From an uncultured Granulosicoccaceae bacterium (GTDB taxonomy: Bacteria > Pseudomonadota > Gammaproteobacteria > Granulosicoccales > Granulosicoccaceae), in NCBI GenBank assembly GCA_938008205.1, contig CALLLY010000306.1:1-52330 (forward strand): DNA of 52,330 bases. Direction: 5' to 3'. How positions within the stretch are numbered: the stretch's first letter is position 1; every line of letters begins with the position of its first letter. Below are positions 29,186 to 38,378 of the stretch, one piece after another. Both the position numbers and the translations under genes were made by a program. The notes beneath the pieces were generated by a model. That model did not search any database. It worked only from the letters and a program-made list of their open reading frames with translations, and was not told the DNA's origin.

Positions 29186-29208
29186 AGCAGAACAATTCTG
29201 CCAACCGA

Positions 29209-29880
29209 TCAGTCCGTGGGTGAAGATATATTGATGGTCAACGGGACCTGGGCACCGGTTGTGGGACCTGAATCATCGCCCGATGAAGAGGCACTTGCCA
29301 GCAAGCCCACGGCAAGCGCACCGAGCAATACATAGAGAAGTTTTGACTGACTACCGGACGACTCTTTCGGGGAAGTGGCAGCAGTGACAGCAGGCTGCAC
29401 CGGGGCAGGCACATCCAGATTGCGAACCAGAGGAAAGAACGGAAACCCTTTCAACACACGATTACCGCCGATGTCGGCGGCCTCGATGTAATACTCGATT
29501 CTGGTCTGGCCCAGCTGTGTCGGAATGATTGTTGTATATTGGTTTGAGGTCTGGGTGCTGCTCATCGGGGTTTGCTGGTACTGCGCATTAGCCCCTGAAC
29601 GATGGTAGAGATCGACGTACTCGATACCTTTATCGTCTATAACGAGCGCCGAGAATAACTGGGATTCACCGGCTACTCCCACCTCAAGCGCTTCATGATC
29701 TATCACTGGCGGATCTATATCCAGATCCGGATTCAGGTACTGTGCATGCGCCACAGAAAACTGTTGCAGTGCAAACAGCAACGCACAAAACCCTGCCAGG
29801 AAACGTTTAACCGATACCCGATGGCCGGTTGGAAGTTTGTTGTTGTTAATGGCAGGCCTCCCGCGACGATCTGACAACAC
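29209..29880 (-). CDS. Hypothetical exported/membrane protein downstream of the Ser/Thr kinase
   Basis: Signal-like FLAGFCALLFALQQFSVAHAQ and a second hydrophobic helix near the C-terminus (LLYVLLGALAVGLLA). GTG start, 80 nt after the kinase stop on the same strand. Confidence 0.5.
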   Translation of the reverse strand: MLSDRRGRPAINNNKLPTGHRVSVKRFLAGFCALLFALQQFSVAHAQYLNPDLDIDPPVIDHEALEVGVAGESQLFSALVIDDKGIEYVDLYHRSGANAQYQQTPMSSTQTSNQYTTIIPTQLGQTRIEYYIEAADIGGNRVLKGFPFFPLVRNLDVPAPVQPAVTAATSPKESSGSQSKLLYVLLGALAVGLLASASSSGDDSGPTTGAQVPLTINISSPTD

Positions 29881-29960
29881 ACTTTTTCGTCATGACGTTA
29901 TCACACAACTGCCATAGGATCAATGTGAACAGGTACTCAGCTGAGCGACTTATCAGTCAT

Positions 29961-32090
29961 TTACCACTGAATAGCTGACCAGCTGTACCGTTGTCTTTCA
30001 ATAGTCAAACTGGAATCACGATATGACGCTGAGGGGTAAACCACATCGCCGTTAGGCAACGCCATTTTCTCTATTCGCAGCACGGCAGTGACTCTTTTGG
30101 GATTGAGTTTAGCTTCGATATCCCTGACCCGCACAGTAATCTGGGTATAGCGATCAAACAACGTTTCGAACAGACGTGCCTTGGTGGAGTCGGGGGAGAT
30201 CAGCTCATTGATGGCAGCCAGATTTTTAACTTCGATAGCGCGCTTTAGCGCATTGAATTGTCCACGCGCATAACTGACCTCGTAGCTGGTTAACGGTTTT
30301 TGGGTAAATTCTTCAGCGGCCTCTACCCGGGTTGCCAGCACTGTCAGGTCAGCATCATTAATCTGCATCGCTTTCGCGCTCTCCAGCCATTTGCGGGCAC
30401 TGGCGACGTTATCATTTTGAAGCGCCAGTCTTGCGCTGCTGACAAACCGCTGATAATCACTGCGACGCTTTCGCTGCCGTTCATTGGCTTCGGCAACCCG
30501 ACGTTCCGTGTTGATACGGGTTTGCTCGCGTTGCTCACGTTGCAGCTCGAGAGTCCGCTGCTGTTCTTCACGCAGCTGTACTGCTTCACGAATACGACTT
30601 TCCAAAGCCTCTACGCGAGACTGCTTTGCACCATCGGACTTCAGCTGCGCCAGCTGTTGTCGCGCCTGGTTATATTGCCCGGAGTCGATCTGTTGTTCCG
30701 CTTCCGCAAACCGCGACTGGAAATCGGAGTCCCGACGAACTTCCTGCAGTTTACCCTGCAGTGGTTTCGCACGCTGCGGTTCGACCTCGGCATACTGGTT
30801 TATCAAATCTTCTGCGACCGAAAAGTTGCCATCAGACAAGCGTTCACTGATCGCTGCTTCAACGCGGCCATTAATACTCTGAAGCCGTTCAGTCGCGTGC
30901 TGGTTCTGAGGTTGAGCATCCAGTACCTTCAAATACAACGGGCGCGCATCGCCCAGGTAATCGCCATCATCGAAAGCTTTGTCAGCACTCGCAACCAGCT
31001 GGTTGTATTCGTCCTGCCTGGCCTGCTCCTGCAAGTACTGATATCCAGCCGCGGCAAGTACTGCGATCAACGGAATTGCCAGAATAGCCAGCCAGCGTTT
31101 TTTTCGCGCTGGCTTTTTCTCCGCTGATTTAGTTTTTTTTGCCGCTCTTCTTGCTGCGAGAACCGGAGAGGTGCCTGCTGGGCCTTTGGATCGCAACGTC
31201 GACGGTTGCAACGCGTCGCGCCATTGATCCAGACTTTGCGGCCGGTCGTCAACTTTGAACTGCAGCGCCCAGTCGATCGCTTCCAAAAACGCATCACTGT
31301 ATCTGCCGTGCCCGATCTCGGTGGCGGCAACCAGAGGGTCCGGTGACTTCTTAACCAGTGCCGCGAGTCGACTGACCGCACTGACCGGTGTTTCTCCACT
31401 GATGGCGAAATACAGTGTCGCCCCCAGCGAGTAGATGTCAGTCCATGGGCCCACGGTCAGACTGGCGCCCTCCTGGTACTGCTCCAGCGGTGTATAACCG
31501 ACCGATACAAACGACGTGTGCCGGGCATCACCGTCAGCCACTCGCGTTGCACCAAAATCCAGCAATACCGGACTGCCGTCGTTGCGGATAATCAGATTGA
31601 CTGGTTTGATGTCTCTATGAATAAAACCATACTGGTGCACCTGTTCGAGTCCATCAATGATGCTCAGCATTAGATTTTTAAGAATGAGCTCATCAGCACC
31701 GCCCGCTTTACTGACTGCTTCTTTAAAACGTTCCCCTTCCTCATATTCCATGACCAGGTAAGCAGTGTTATTTGCTTCGAAAACCGCCATGACACGAACA
31801 ATATTCGGATGGCGGAATTTAACCAGCGTGCGCGCTTCAGTTAAAAAACGCTGCAGCCCCTCTTGATACTGGGTTTGAGATTCCTCAGATACCGGCCACA
31901 ACGATTTATCCGCTCTGCGTTGAACCAGAGACGCTGGCAGATATTCTTTGATTGCCACGCGGTGATCAAGATTGTTGTCGGTGGCCAGATAGGTAATGCC
32001 GAACCCGCCACGCCCGAGTACACGATCAACGCGATACCACTGGATCGTCTGACCCTCGGTAAGTGCCTGGTGCGTATCTGGAGCGGTCAT
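29961..32090 (-). CDS. Transmembrane Ser/Thr protein kinase with extracytoplasmic coiled-coil/TPR-like region
   Basis: Hanks kinase motifs: LGRGGFGITY, VAIKEY, HRDIKPVNLI, DFG, GYTPLEQ. A basic linker and a TM (WLAILAIPLIAVLAAAGY) follow, then ~350 aa rich in Q/E/R coiled-coil. Confidence 0.85.
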   Translation of the reverse strand: MTAPDTHQALTEGQTIQWYRVDRVLGRGGFGITYLATDNNLDHRVAIKEYLPASLVQRRADKSLWPVSEESQTQYQEGLQRFLTEARTLVKFRHPNIVRVMAVFEANNTAYLVMEYEEGERFKEAVSKAGGADELILKNLMLSIIDGLEQVHQYGFIHRDIKPVNLIIRNDGSPVLLDFGATRVADGDARHTSFVSVGYTPLEQYQEGASLTVGPWTDIYSLGATLYFAISGETPVSAVSRLAALVKKSPDPLVAATEIGHGRYSDAFLEAIDWALQFKVDDRPQSLDQWRDALQPSTLRSKGPAGTSPVLAARRAAKKTKSAEKKPARKKRWLAILAIPLIAVLAAAGYQYLQEQARQDEYNQLVASADKAFDDGDYLGDARPLYLKVLDAQPQNQHATERLQSINGRVEAAISERLSDGNFSVAEDLINQYAEVEPQRAKPLQGKLQEVRRDSDFQSRFAEAEQQIDSGQYNQARQQLAQLKSDGAKQSRVEALESRIREAVQLREEQQRTLELQREQREQTRINTERRVAEANERQRKRRSDYQRFVSSARLALQNDNVASARKWLESAKAMQINDADLTVLATRVEAAEEFTQKPLTSYEVSYARGQFNALKRAIEVKNLAAINELISPDSTKARLFETLFDRYTQITVRVRDIEAKLNPKRVTAVLRIEKMALPNGDVVYPSASYRDSSLTIERQRYSWSAIQW

Positions 32091-32386
32091 TCGGTGGGCG
32101 GAAAATCAGTAGGAACAATCTTCGCCACTATAGGCAAAAAACACACTAGATGCGGGATAAATGAGCGCATTGTTATTGAACTTAACCTGAAAACTTCCCA
32201 ATTCGCAACGAAACCTGTTTCCAGCTGGCGGTAAATAACTGCAAACAGTGTTTTACGCTTCGCCTCAGGTAGGTCATAGTGTATCTAAAAGTTATAAAAT
32301 TACGCACACCGGATGTAGTGTTCTAAAATCAACGGAACACTCGACTATTCAAACCATCTTCTTTTACTGCCTTGAGTGAGGGGCCA

Positions 32387-33184
32387 ATGGATTTATTTAC
32401 TCTGGACAACCTGATCACCCTGTTCCTGCTGATTTTACTGCAGGCGGTGCTGGGTTTCGACAATCTGCTGTACATATCGCTCGAGTCGAAACGAGCACCT
32501 GTTGAAAAACAGGCACAGGTCCGTAAATGGGGCATCGGCATTGCAGTTGCCCTGCGCCTCGTTCTGCTGGTACTACTGGTACAACTTGTCGAAAAATTTC
32601 AAAGCTCTGTTTTCGCCGCTAAATGGGAAGGAATTCTGGAGTTCGACTTCAACCTGCACGCTATTATCGTGTTGTTCGGCGGAATATTTATCATCTACAC
32701 GGCGATGAAAGAAATTCTGCATATGATGTCGCTGGAAGAGCACGATGCCACCGAAAAGCGACGAAGCTCGGCTGCCATGGTGATCGTCTGGATTGTCATG
32801 ATGAACCTTGTGTTTTCTTTCGACTCGATACTCAGCGCGATGGCGCTGACTAAAGTGATTCCAGTGATGGCTGTCGCTATCATCGCAAGTGGCATAATGA
32901 TGATTGTTCTGGCGGATCGAGTATCAGACTTTTTGCAGAAGAACAGAATGTACGAAGTACTGGGTCTGTTCATCCTGTTTGTCGTCGGTATTATGCTGAT
33001 TTCTGAGGGCGGTCACCTGGCGCATATGAAAATACTGGGCACTGAAGTACAGCAGATGACCAAAGCAACTTTCTACTTTGTGATTGTTGTGATGGCGCTT
33101 TCAGATGTGGTTCAAAGCCGCTACCAGCGCAAGATTCTACGGGAGAAAAAAGCAATCCACGACGCGCAGCAAAGCCAGCCGTAG
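32387..33184 (+). CDS. TerC-family integral membrane protein
   Basis: LILLQAVLGFDNLLYISLE plus a second FSFDSILSAMAL half-motif, and multiple TM helices. ORF 32372..33184, with ATG 32387 as the likely start. Confidence 0.8.
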   Translation: MDLFTLDNLITLFLLILLQAVLGFDNLLYISLESKRAPVEKQAQVRKWGIGIAVALRLVLLVLLVQLVEKFQSSVFAAKWEGILEFDFNLHAIIVLFGGIFIIYTAMKEILHMMSLEEHDATEKRRSSAAMVIVWIVMMNLVFSFDSILSAMALTKVIPVMAVAIIASGIMMIVLADRVSDFLQKNRMYEVLGLFILFVVGIMLISEGGHLAHMKILGTEVQQMTKATFYFVIVVMALSDVVQSRYQRKILREKKAIHDAQQSQP

Positions 33185-33261
33185 CTGCCCTGCAGGCACC
33201 ATAATAGTACTGCGGGTTGCCCGACGGTCTCAGACTCCGGGTAACCCGCAAAACAACAGAC

Positions 33262-36200
33262 TTACGGTCCTAACGTGTACCCGAGTGTTCGATCCGCCTG
33301 CGCCGCATTGCGGTTTAGCGCCTCGTCAGGATAGTGATCCACCCCGATTCCACCATAGGGCGTATTGACTGCACGCAGGTAAATTCGCATGTCCTGCGGA
33401 TTACCTAGCAATGCTCGGGACACTGCCAGTTCTCCGATATCTCCGGCAACCACCACATCAGTTGCGCCATCGGTCACCCAACTCCAGTTTGTGCCTGCTC
33501 CGGTGTAACGATGCACATCGTCGCTCTCAATCAGGATGTCAGCACCGAGTGGATACTCCCCGACAAAACCACGAAAGCCGGTGTCGGGATTATTGTCAGT
33601 GTCGATGTAAATACCATGACCCCAACTCAGCTGAAAAGCACCGTCGTTACGGTAGGCCACGTAAACCCGGGTATCGTCGTGAGCAACCCACACTTCGCGC
33701 CAATCGAGCGGATTATTGGGCCCGGTGACATCATCCGGGTCCAGCCCGAAAGACGCAACACCACTCCAGTCATTGATTAATCCATCAATCGACATACTGG
33801 ACACCGGGTTACTGACCAGACCATTGGCTGCAGTTCCCACAGTAATTGTTACCGTTGCCACCTCACTTTCCAGCAATCCGTCACTGGCAACAAACTGAAA
33901 ACTGTCCAGTCCTGAAAACTCCGCGGCCGGCGTATACACAAAGCTTTGTGCACTGCCAGTCAGGCCGCCATTCACCGGTTGCTGCACAATCCGGTACGTC
34001 AACGACTGCTGGTCCGGGTCCACTGCACTGAGGCTGATACTCAAAGCCTGAGCAAATGCAGTGGACAATGTCTGGCCATTAGCAACAGGAGGCCGGTTGA
34101 TCGATGCCGGTGGCAATATCTCAATCGATACCTGCGCGGGCTGACTGTCGACAATGCCATCACTGACGACAAAGGTGAAAACGTCGACGCCGGTTGCCTC
34201 GTTAAACGGCACATAAGTGAATGCTGGTGCGTCGCCTTGCAAGCTGCCCTTGGCGGGCGCATCCAGCAACCGATAAGTTAATGGTTGTGCATCAACATCA
34301 TTGCCACTAAGGACAACACTCAATGCGGTTTGATACGATGTCGTGAGGCTCTGATTATTAGCAGCCGGCGGCGTGTTGGTTGCGGTGCCCTGCTCCACCT
34401 CAATTGCCACTGCTGCGGCGGCACTGTCATCAGAACCGTCGCTGACTTTGAAAGTAAAACTGTCGGCACCGCTAAAACCGATAGTCGGGGTGTAAGTCAG
34501 ATCAGGTGGTGTGCCGGTTAAGCTACCGTGCTGCGGTTCAGACACTATCGCGTACTCAAGAACACTGCCCTCCACATCCCTGCCAGTCAACGTAATCGGT
34601 AAACGCGTATCCACTGCTGTGCGCAACGATTGAGCAATCGCCAGTGGCATACTGTTAACCTGCGGCGCAGCAACAACATTAATGGTAATAGAGGTTGTAT
34701 TGCTATCGAGTTCGCCATCATTAACCACAAACTTTAAGGTTTCAACACCGACAAAATCTGTCCCTGGCTGATAGGAGATCATCGGAGGCTGTCCGGAGAT
34801 TTCTCCGTGTTGTGCTGCACCAACAAGTCGATAAGTCAGTGCGTCTGCATTAATGTCTGTGCCAGTTAACAGCAATTCAACTTTGGTATTACTGCTGATA
34901 TTTATCTGCTGTGCGTTACCCGCTGGCGCAATATTAACGATATTGTTGTTTGGGTTAACTGAATAGCTGAATTTTCTTTTCTTTAACAAAGCAGCTGGAT
35001 CGGCTAGCTTATCAGGATAAAGATCAACCGCGTTACCACCAGTCGCGGCGCTGTCACCATAAAACAGTAAATCAATATTGACAGGATTACCTATCAGATT
35101 TCGCGGGACCGCGATCTCAACACCCTGGCTGCTAACAGCCGATTGCACACTTTGCACATATTCCCACGACCATTGGTTCTGAGCCACGGCGGTGTATTTA
35201 AAAACACTATCGCCTTCCACCACATAATCCGCCCCTATAACAAACTCACCGGAGAAACCGTGGAAACCTGTGGTACTGTCAGTATCACTATCGATATAGA
35301 TTGAGTGCCCCCAGGTTATACCGAATGGTTCAAACTGGTTATAGGCAATATAAAAATTACTGTCGTCGTGGCCCATCCATGCCTGTTTCCAGTCGATAGT
35401 ATTATTGTCACCGGTAATATCGTCGGGGTCAGTACCAAAATCCTGCAGTGCAACCCATTCAGCGACATCACCATCTATTGAAACACTGGTCACTGCGTTG
35501 GAAACAGTTCCACCATCAGTCACAGGCTGTGTACCGACATCGAATATTACCTTTTCTACTGCGCTGGTTTTAGCCCCATCGCTAACCGTAAATTGCAACT
35601 CGTCAACCCCGGAAAAACCATTATCCGGTATGTAAATCAGACCCGGGGGTGTACCGGAAATATTGCCATTCAACGGTGCTGTAGTGATCTGATAACTTAA
35701 CACCTGGTTTTCATTGTCACTACCGCTTAGTACAAACGGTAACGGTTGTTCGGTCAGCGCTTCGAGAACCTGCCGGTTAGCGATCGGTGCACTGTTTGCG
35801 GGTCGTGGAAACTCTACATTTAGAGTGACGCTGGCAACTGCGCTTTCGAGTGCTCCGTCACTTGCACTGAATGCGAAAGAATCTACTCCGCTAAAACCGT
35901 TATTAGATATATATTTCAGCTGAGGTGGATTACCTGACAACGTGCCGTTTAGCGGTTGCGTGGTTACTCGATACTGCAAGGTATCATCATCTGCATCGGT
36001 AGCGAACAACGTTACATCAGTTTCCAGCAAAGATTCTGTGTTTATTACTTGTGCATTGGCCACAGGCGCTGTGTTTATCGGCGTAATGGCGCTGAGGGAA
36101 ACAACATGTGATCCCATACTTGCAAATTTTAGTATCAACACACCCTGCTGCTCTACAAAAGAGTCTGCACCAGATACAGAGACGTTGTTATACATAGCCG

Positions 36201-38115
36201 GGCTTAACGTGACCTCGACCTCGCCTTCTCCTTCGAAGGTAAAGTCCAGTTCATTGCCATCCCCCGTCACACTGATCAGGCGTGCCCGCATCGGCAATGC
36301 GCTAACCCGTGTCACCGTATCAGCTGTTTCACCCAAACGGATTTTGTAGGTACCACCGCTATCTGCCACAAACACTTGCTGGTCATCGTAGGCATACCAG
36401 CTTTCGACATTTTTAATTTTTTGATCATTGCGTACCGCCAGTGCCAGCTGACCTACTCGCTGTGAATCTACAGTGACATCAATAGTGTTACCGGCGCCAA
36501 CGACAAGACTAGTGGACTGAAAAGCACGAATTCGATCGTGCAAATCCACCAATGTGGTAAATTCCGCTCCTTTCTCATAGGCATGTGCAAGGGTGTCAGT
36601 AAACATTGATTTACTGTAGCGACCATTGGCAGTCTGTGTCGTCGGACCGTAGTCGTGCCATAACCAATGCAGTACCGGGGTTTCAGCATGAGTGAGAAGA
36701 TGATCGATCTCATCACTCCAGATGGCAGTGGCCTGTTGCGGTGAATAATCCAGATAGTCAATCAGGGTAAAGTCCGGCGCCATGTTTAAGCTGAAGTAGA
36801 GCATGTCGTGTTGTGGCTCGAGAAAGCCGATAGCATTCTGGTAACCACTGCCAACATTACCCGAGCGTCCACTGAAGTAGCTGAACCATTTGTTAAGTTC
36901 CTCAACGACAGCTAATGATTCTGCGTTACCCGGCACAGCACCGCCCACTACCGGTACGCCAATCTGTGAACCGATTTCGTTTTTGCTTTGGTTAAATTCA
37001 AACTCCAGTTGAGCGGCGCTTAACTGACTGGTGTGATGAGGATGAGTCCACGAATGAGTTCCGATTTCGCTACCCAGTGCAATGTAGTCCCGGTACAAAG
37101 GCCCTGAAACACCCCAGTCAGTAAATTGTCCGGCAATCGGATCGTTACCGATATCAATGTAATAAGAGCCTACGAAGTTATAGTCGCGTTTCCAGTCAGT
37201 GATGATATCCAGTAGCGGAATTTCTGTTTCCGGCAGCGATGCGGCAATCATTGCCTGGTCCATATCATTGCGGGCGATAAAAACACTGTCATTTCTCGAC
37301 AACTGCAATGACACCGGAGCCGTGTCACCGTAAACCGCCCAGCGTAAAACACTCCAAAGCAGATTGTTATCTGCCATCACCTGTTCATTGGCAAAGTGGA
37401 TCACCGGACCATTGCGTTCAATAATCTGCCCACCTGGAAACGTCTGTCCCTGGGCTGTCACCGTAGTCAGTGGCGTGGACGTTTCCCCGTCTACTGCGTT
37501 GAAACCGGCAAACCAGATCTGCTCATACGACACCAGTTCCTCACCCGGGGTATAGTCACGGGTAGCTGGATGATCAGTCGTTGCAATAGACACTGTGGCA
37601 GGGACACCAGACTGATAGCTCGAGACAGTCACACCCAACAGTTCACGCGACAATTCAGCCGCATCGGGGTAAGACTGACCATTGGGTCTGAAAGCCATGA
37701 ATTCCCCGGAAGTAATAAGAGAGACCCCGGCACTCTGCGCCTGCATTAACGCGCTACGAATTGTCTGGCGCTGATTAGTTTGCACGAACGAAAAAGCCGG
37801 CAGTAACACAACATCGTATTTCAACAGCGAATCTGCGATGAGCAGGTCTTCTTCACTGAGTAAATCAAACGGCACACCTGCCATGGTTGCCTGGTGCTGC
37901 ATCGCGGCAAACAGCTGGTTGTAGGCAAACGGATCGTAAAAATTCTCCTTGGAGGTTTGAGAATGAACAATACCGATTCGTCGATCTTCACTGGGTATAG
38001 TAACCAGAGCCGCGCCGGTCTGCTGACCTGACGAGGCAATTTGTCCGCTGTCGCTACAACCCGTCAGGGTCAAAAACACCCCGAGCAGAAGCGCCCATTT
38101 ACTGATTAAAGTCAT
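33262..38115 (-). CDS. 1617-aa surface lipoprotein: N-terminal domain + CE4-like polysaccharide deacetylase + six tandem ~93-aa Ig-like repeats + two copies of a ~185-aa module
   Basis: Lipobox LTLTGCSD. NodB-like motifs ARNDMDQ, GTHSWTHPHH and LHWLWHDYG. Ig-like repeats carry the consensus P.AN.Q......(L/V)..L.G.D.D...L.Y.......G.L.G.....Y.P...F.G.D.F.F...DG. Domain borders were counted by hand and sum exactly to 1617 aa. Confidence 0.85.
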   Translation of the reverse strand: MTLISKWALLLGVFLTLTGCSDSGQIASSGQQTGAALVTIPSEDRRIGIVHSQTSKENFYDPFAYNQLFAAMQHQATMAGVPFDLLSEEDLLIADSLLKYDVVLLPAFSFVQTNQRQTIRSALMQAQSAGVSLITSGEFMAFRPNGQSYPDAAELSRELLGVTVSSYQSGVPATVSIATTDHPATRDYTPGEELVSYEQIWFAGFNAVDGETSTPLTTVTAQGQTFPGGQIIERNGPVIHFANEQVMADNNLLWSVLRWAVYGDTAPVSLQLSRNDSVFIARNDMDQAMIAASLPETEIPLLDIITDWKRDYNFVGSYYIDIGNDPIAGQFTDWGVSGPLYRDYIALGSEIGTHSWTHPHHTSQLSAAQLEFEFNQSKNEIGSQIGVPVVGGAVPGNAESLAVVEELNKWFSYFSGRSGNVGSGYQNAIGFLEPQHDMLYFSLNMAPDFTLIDYLDYSPQQATAIWSDEIDHLLTHAETPVLHWLWHDYGPTTQTANGRYSKSMFTDTLAHAYEKGAEFTTLVDLHDRIRAFQSTSLVVGAGNTIDVTVDSQRVGQLALAVRNDQKIKNVESWYAYDDQQVFVADSGGTYKIRLGETADTVTRVSALPMRARLISVTGDGNELDFTFEGEGEVEVTLSPAMYNNVSVSGADSFVEQQGVLILKFASMGSHVVSLSAITPINTAPVANAQVINTESLLETDVTLFATDADDDTLQYRVTTQPLNGTLSGNPPQLKYISNNGFSGVDSFAFSASDGALESAVASVTLNVEFPRPANSAPIANRQVLEALTEQPLPFVLSGSDNENQVLSYQITTAPLNGNISGTPPGLIYIPDNGFSGVDELQFTVSDGAKTSAVEKVIFDVGTQPVTDGGTVSNAVTSVSIDGDVAEWVALQDFGTDPDDITGDNNTIDWKQAWMGHDDSNFYIAYNQFEPFGITWGHSIYIDSDTDSTTGFHGFSGEFVIGADYVVEGDSVFKYTAVAQNQWSWEYVQSVQSAVSSQGVEIAVPRNLIGNPVNIDLLFYGDSAATGGNAVDLYPDKLADPAALLKKRKFSYSVNPNNNIVNIAPAGNAQQINISSNTKVELLLTGTDINADALTYRLVGAAQHGEISGQPPMISYQPGTDFVGVETLKFVVNDGELDSNTTSITINVVAAPQVNSMPLAIAQSLRTAVDTRLPITLTGRDVEGSVLEYAIVSEPQHGSLTGTPPDLTYTPTIGFSGADSFTFKVSDGSDDSAAAAVAIEVEQGTATNTPPAANNQSLTTSYQTALSVVLSGNDVDAQPLTYRLLDAPAKGSLQGDAPAFTYVPFNEATGVDVFTFVVSDGIVDSQPAQVSIEILPPASINRPPVANGQTLSTAFAQALSISLSAVDPDQQSLTYRIVQQPVNGGLTGSAQSFVYTPAAEFSGLDSFQFVASDGLLESEVATVTITVGTAANGLVSNPVSSMSIDGLINDWSGVASFGLDPDDVTGPNNPLDWREVWVAHDDTRVYVAYRNDGAFQLSWGHGIYIDTDNNPDTGFRGFVGEYPLGADILIESDDVHRYTGAGTNWSWVTDGATDVVVAGDIGELAVSRALLGNPQDMRIYLRAVNTPYGGIGVDHYPDEALNRNAAQADRTLGYTLGP
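33265..33819 (-). repeat. Copy 2 of the ~185-aa module (SIDG..W...FG.DPDD.TG.NN.DW...W..HD...Y.AY...WGH.IYID.D...TGF.GF.GE...GAD)
   Basis: Residues 1433-1617 align by eye with residues 870-1061 along their whole length. Possibly a carbohydrate-binding or DOMON-like beta-sandwich (inference). Confidence 0.7.
33820..34932 (-). repeat. Four tandem ~93-aa Ig-like repeats (residues 1062-1432)
   Basis: Units of 94, 93, 93 and 91 aa share LTYR/LEYA ... G.L.G ... (Y/F).P...F.G.D.F.F.V.DG. Confidence 0.8.
34933..35508 (-). repeat. Copy 1 of the ~185-aa module (residues 870-1061)
   Basis: TVSNAVTSVSIDGDVAEWVALQDFGTDPDDITGDNNTIDWKQAWMGHDDSNFYIAYNQ...WGHSIYIDSDTDSTTGFHGFSGEFVIGADYVVEGD. The codon position was verified against the DNA at 35506-35508. 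Confidence 0.7.
35509..36069 (-). repeat. Two tandem ~93-aa Ig-like repeats (residues 683-869)
   Basis: APVANAQVIN...VTLNV and APIANRQVLE...VIFDV have the same consensus as the four-unit array. Confidence 0.8.
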
Positions 38116-38378
38116 GCCAGTCCAAAAGTTAAAACCCTGTATGACTAAAACGGCGAATATCCCACCAGCTTAATGGGAACAGCAACCTAGTTTCAGACAA
38201 TTCTGAAACGAACACGTAAATTCACCTCTGCCATAAAAAAGAAGTAAACATCGCCACCACATAAAGACCAATGTCACCGACAAGTGATTGAAAAAAATTG
38301 ATAACTTATCTACAGATTGACCGATTCAGGCCAATAACCCTGCTAACTTGGTTCCGTCTGAAGTCAAAGGATCACGCT

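Noticed and set aside
30300-31127. 275-aa plus-strand ORF and neighbours inside the kinase gene
   Set aside because: It is antisense to the clearly genuine Hanks kinase / coiled-coil ORF, and its Leu/Arg/Phe-rich translation shows no recognisable domain.
32240-32386. yybP-ykoY (Mn2+) riboswitch, expected upstream of a TerC-family gene
   Set aside because: I could not find the conserved four-way-junction sequence elements in the 280-bp leader. There is only a short cttgagtgagggg stretch right at the start codon, which is insufficient.
33411-38039. Many 60-135-aa ORFs on the plus strand and in other frames (for example 33411..33728, 33946..34281, 35942..36349, 37396..37749)
   Set aside because: All lie inside the 1617-aa minus-strand gene and have Ser/Thr/Arg/Cys-rich low-complexity translations typical of shadow ORFs opposite repeat-rich coding sequence.
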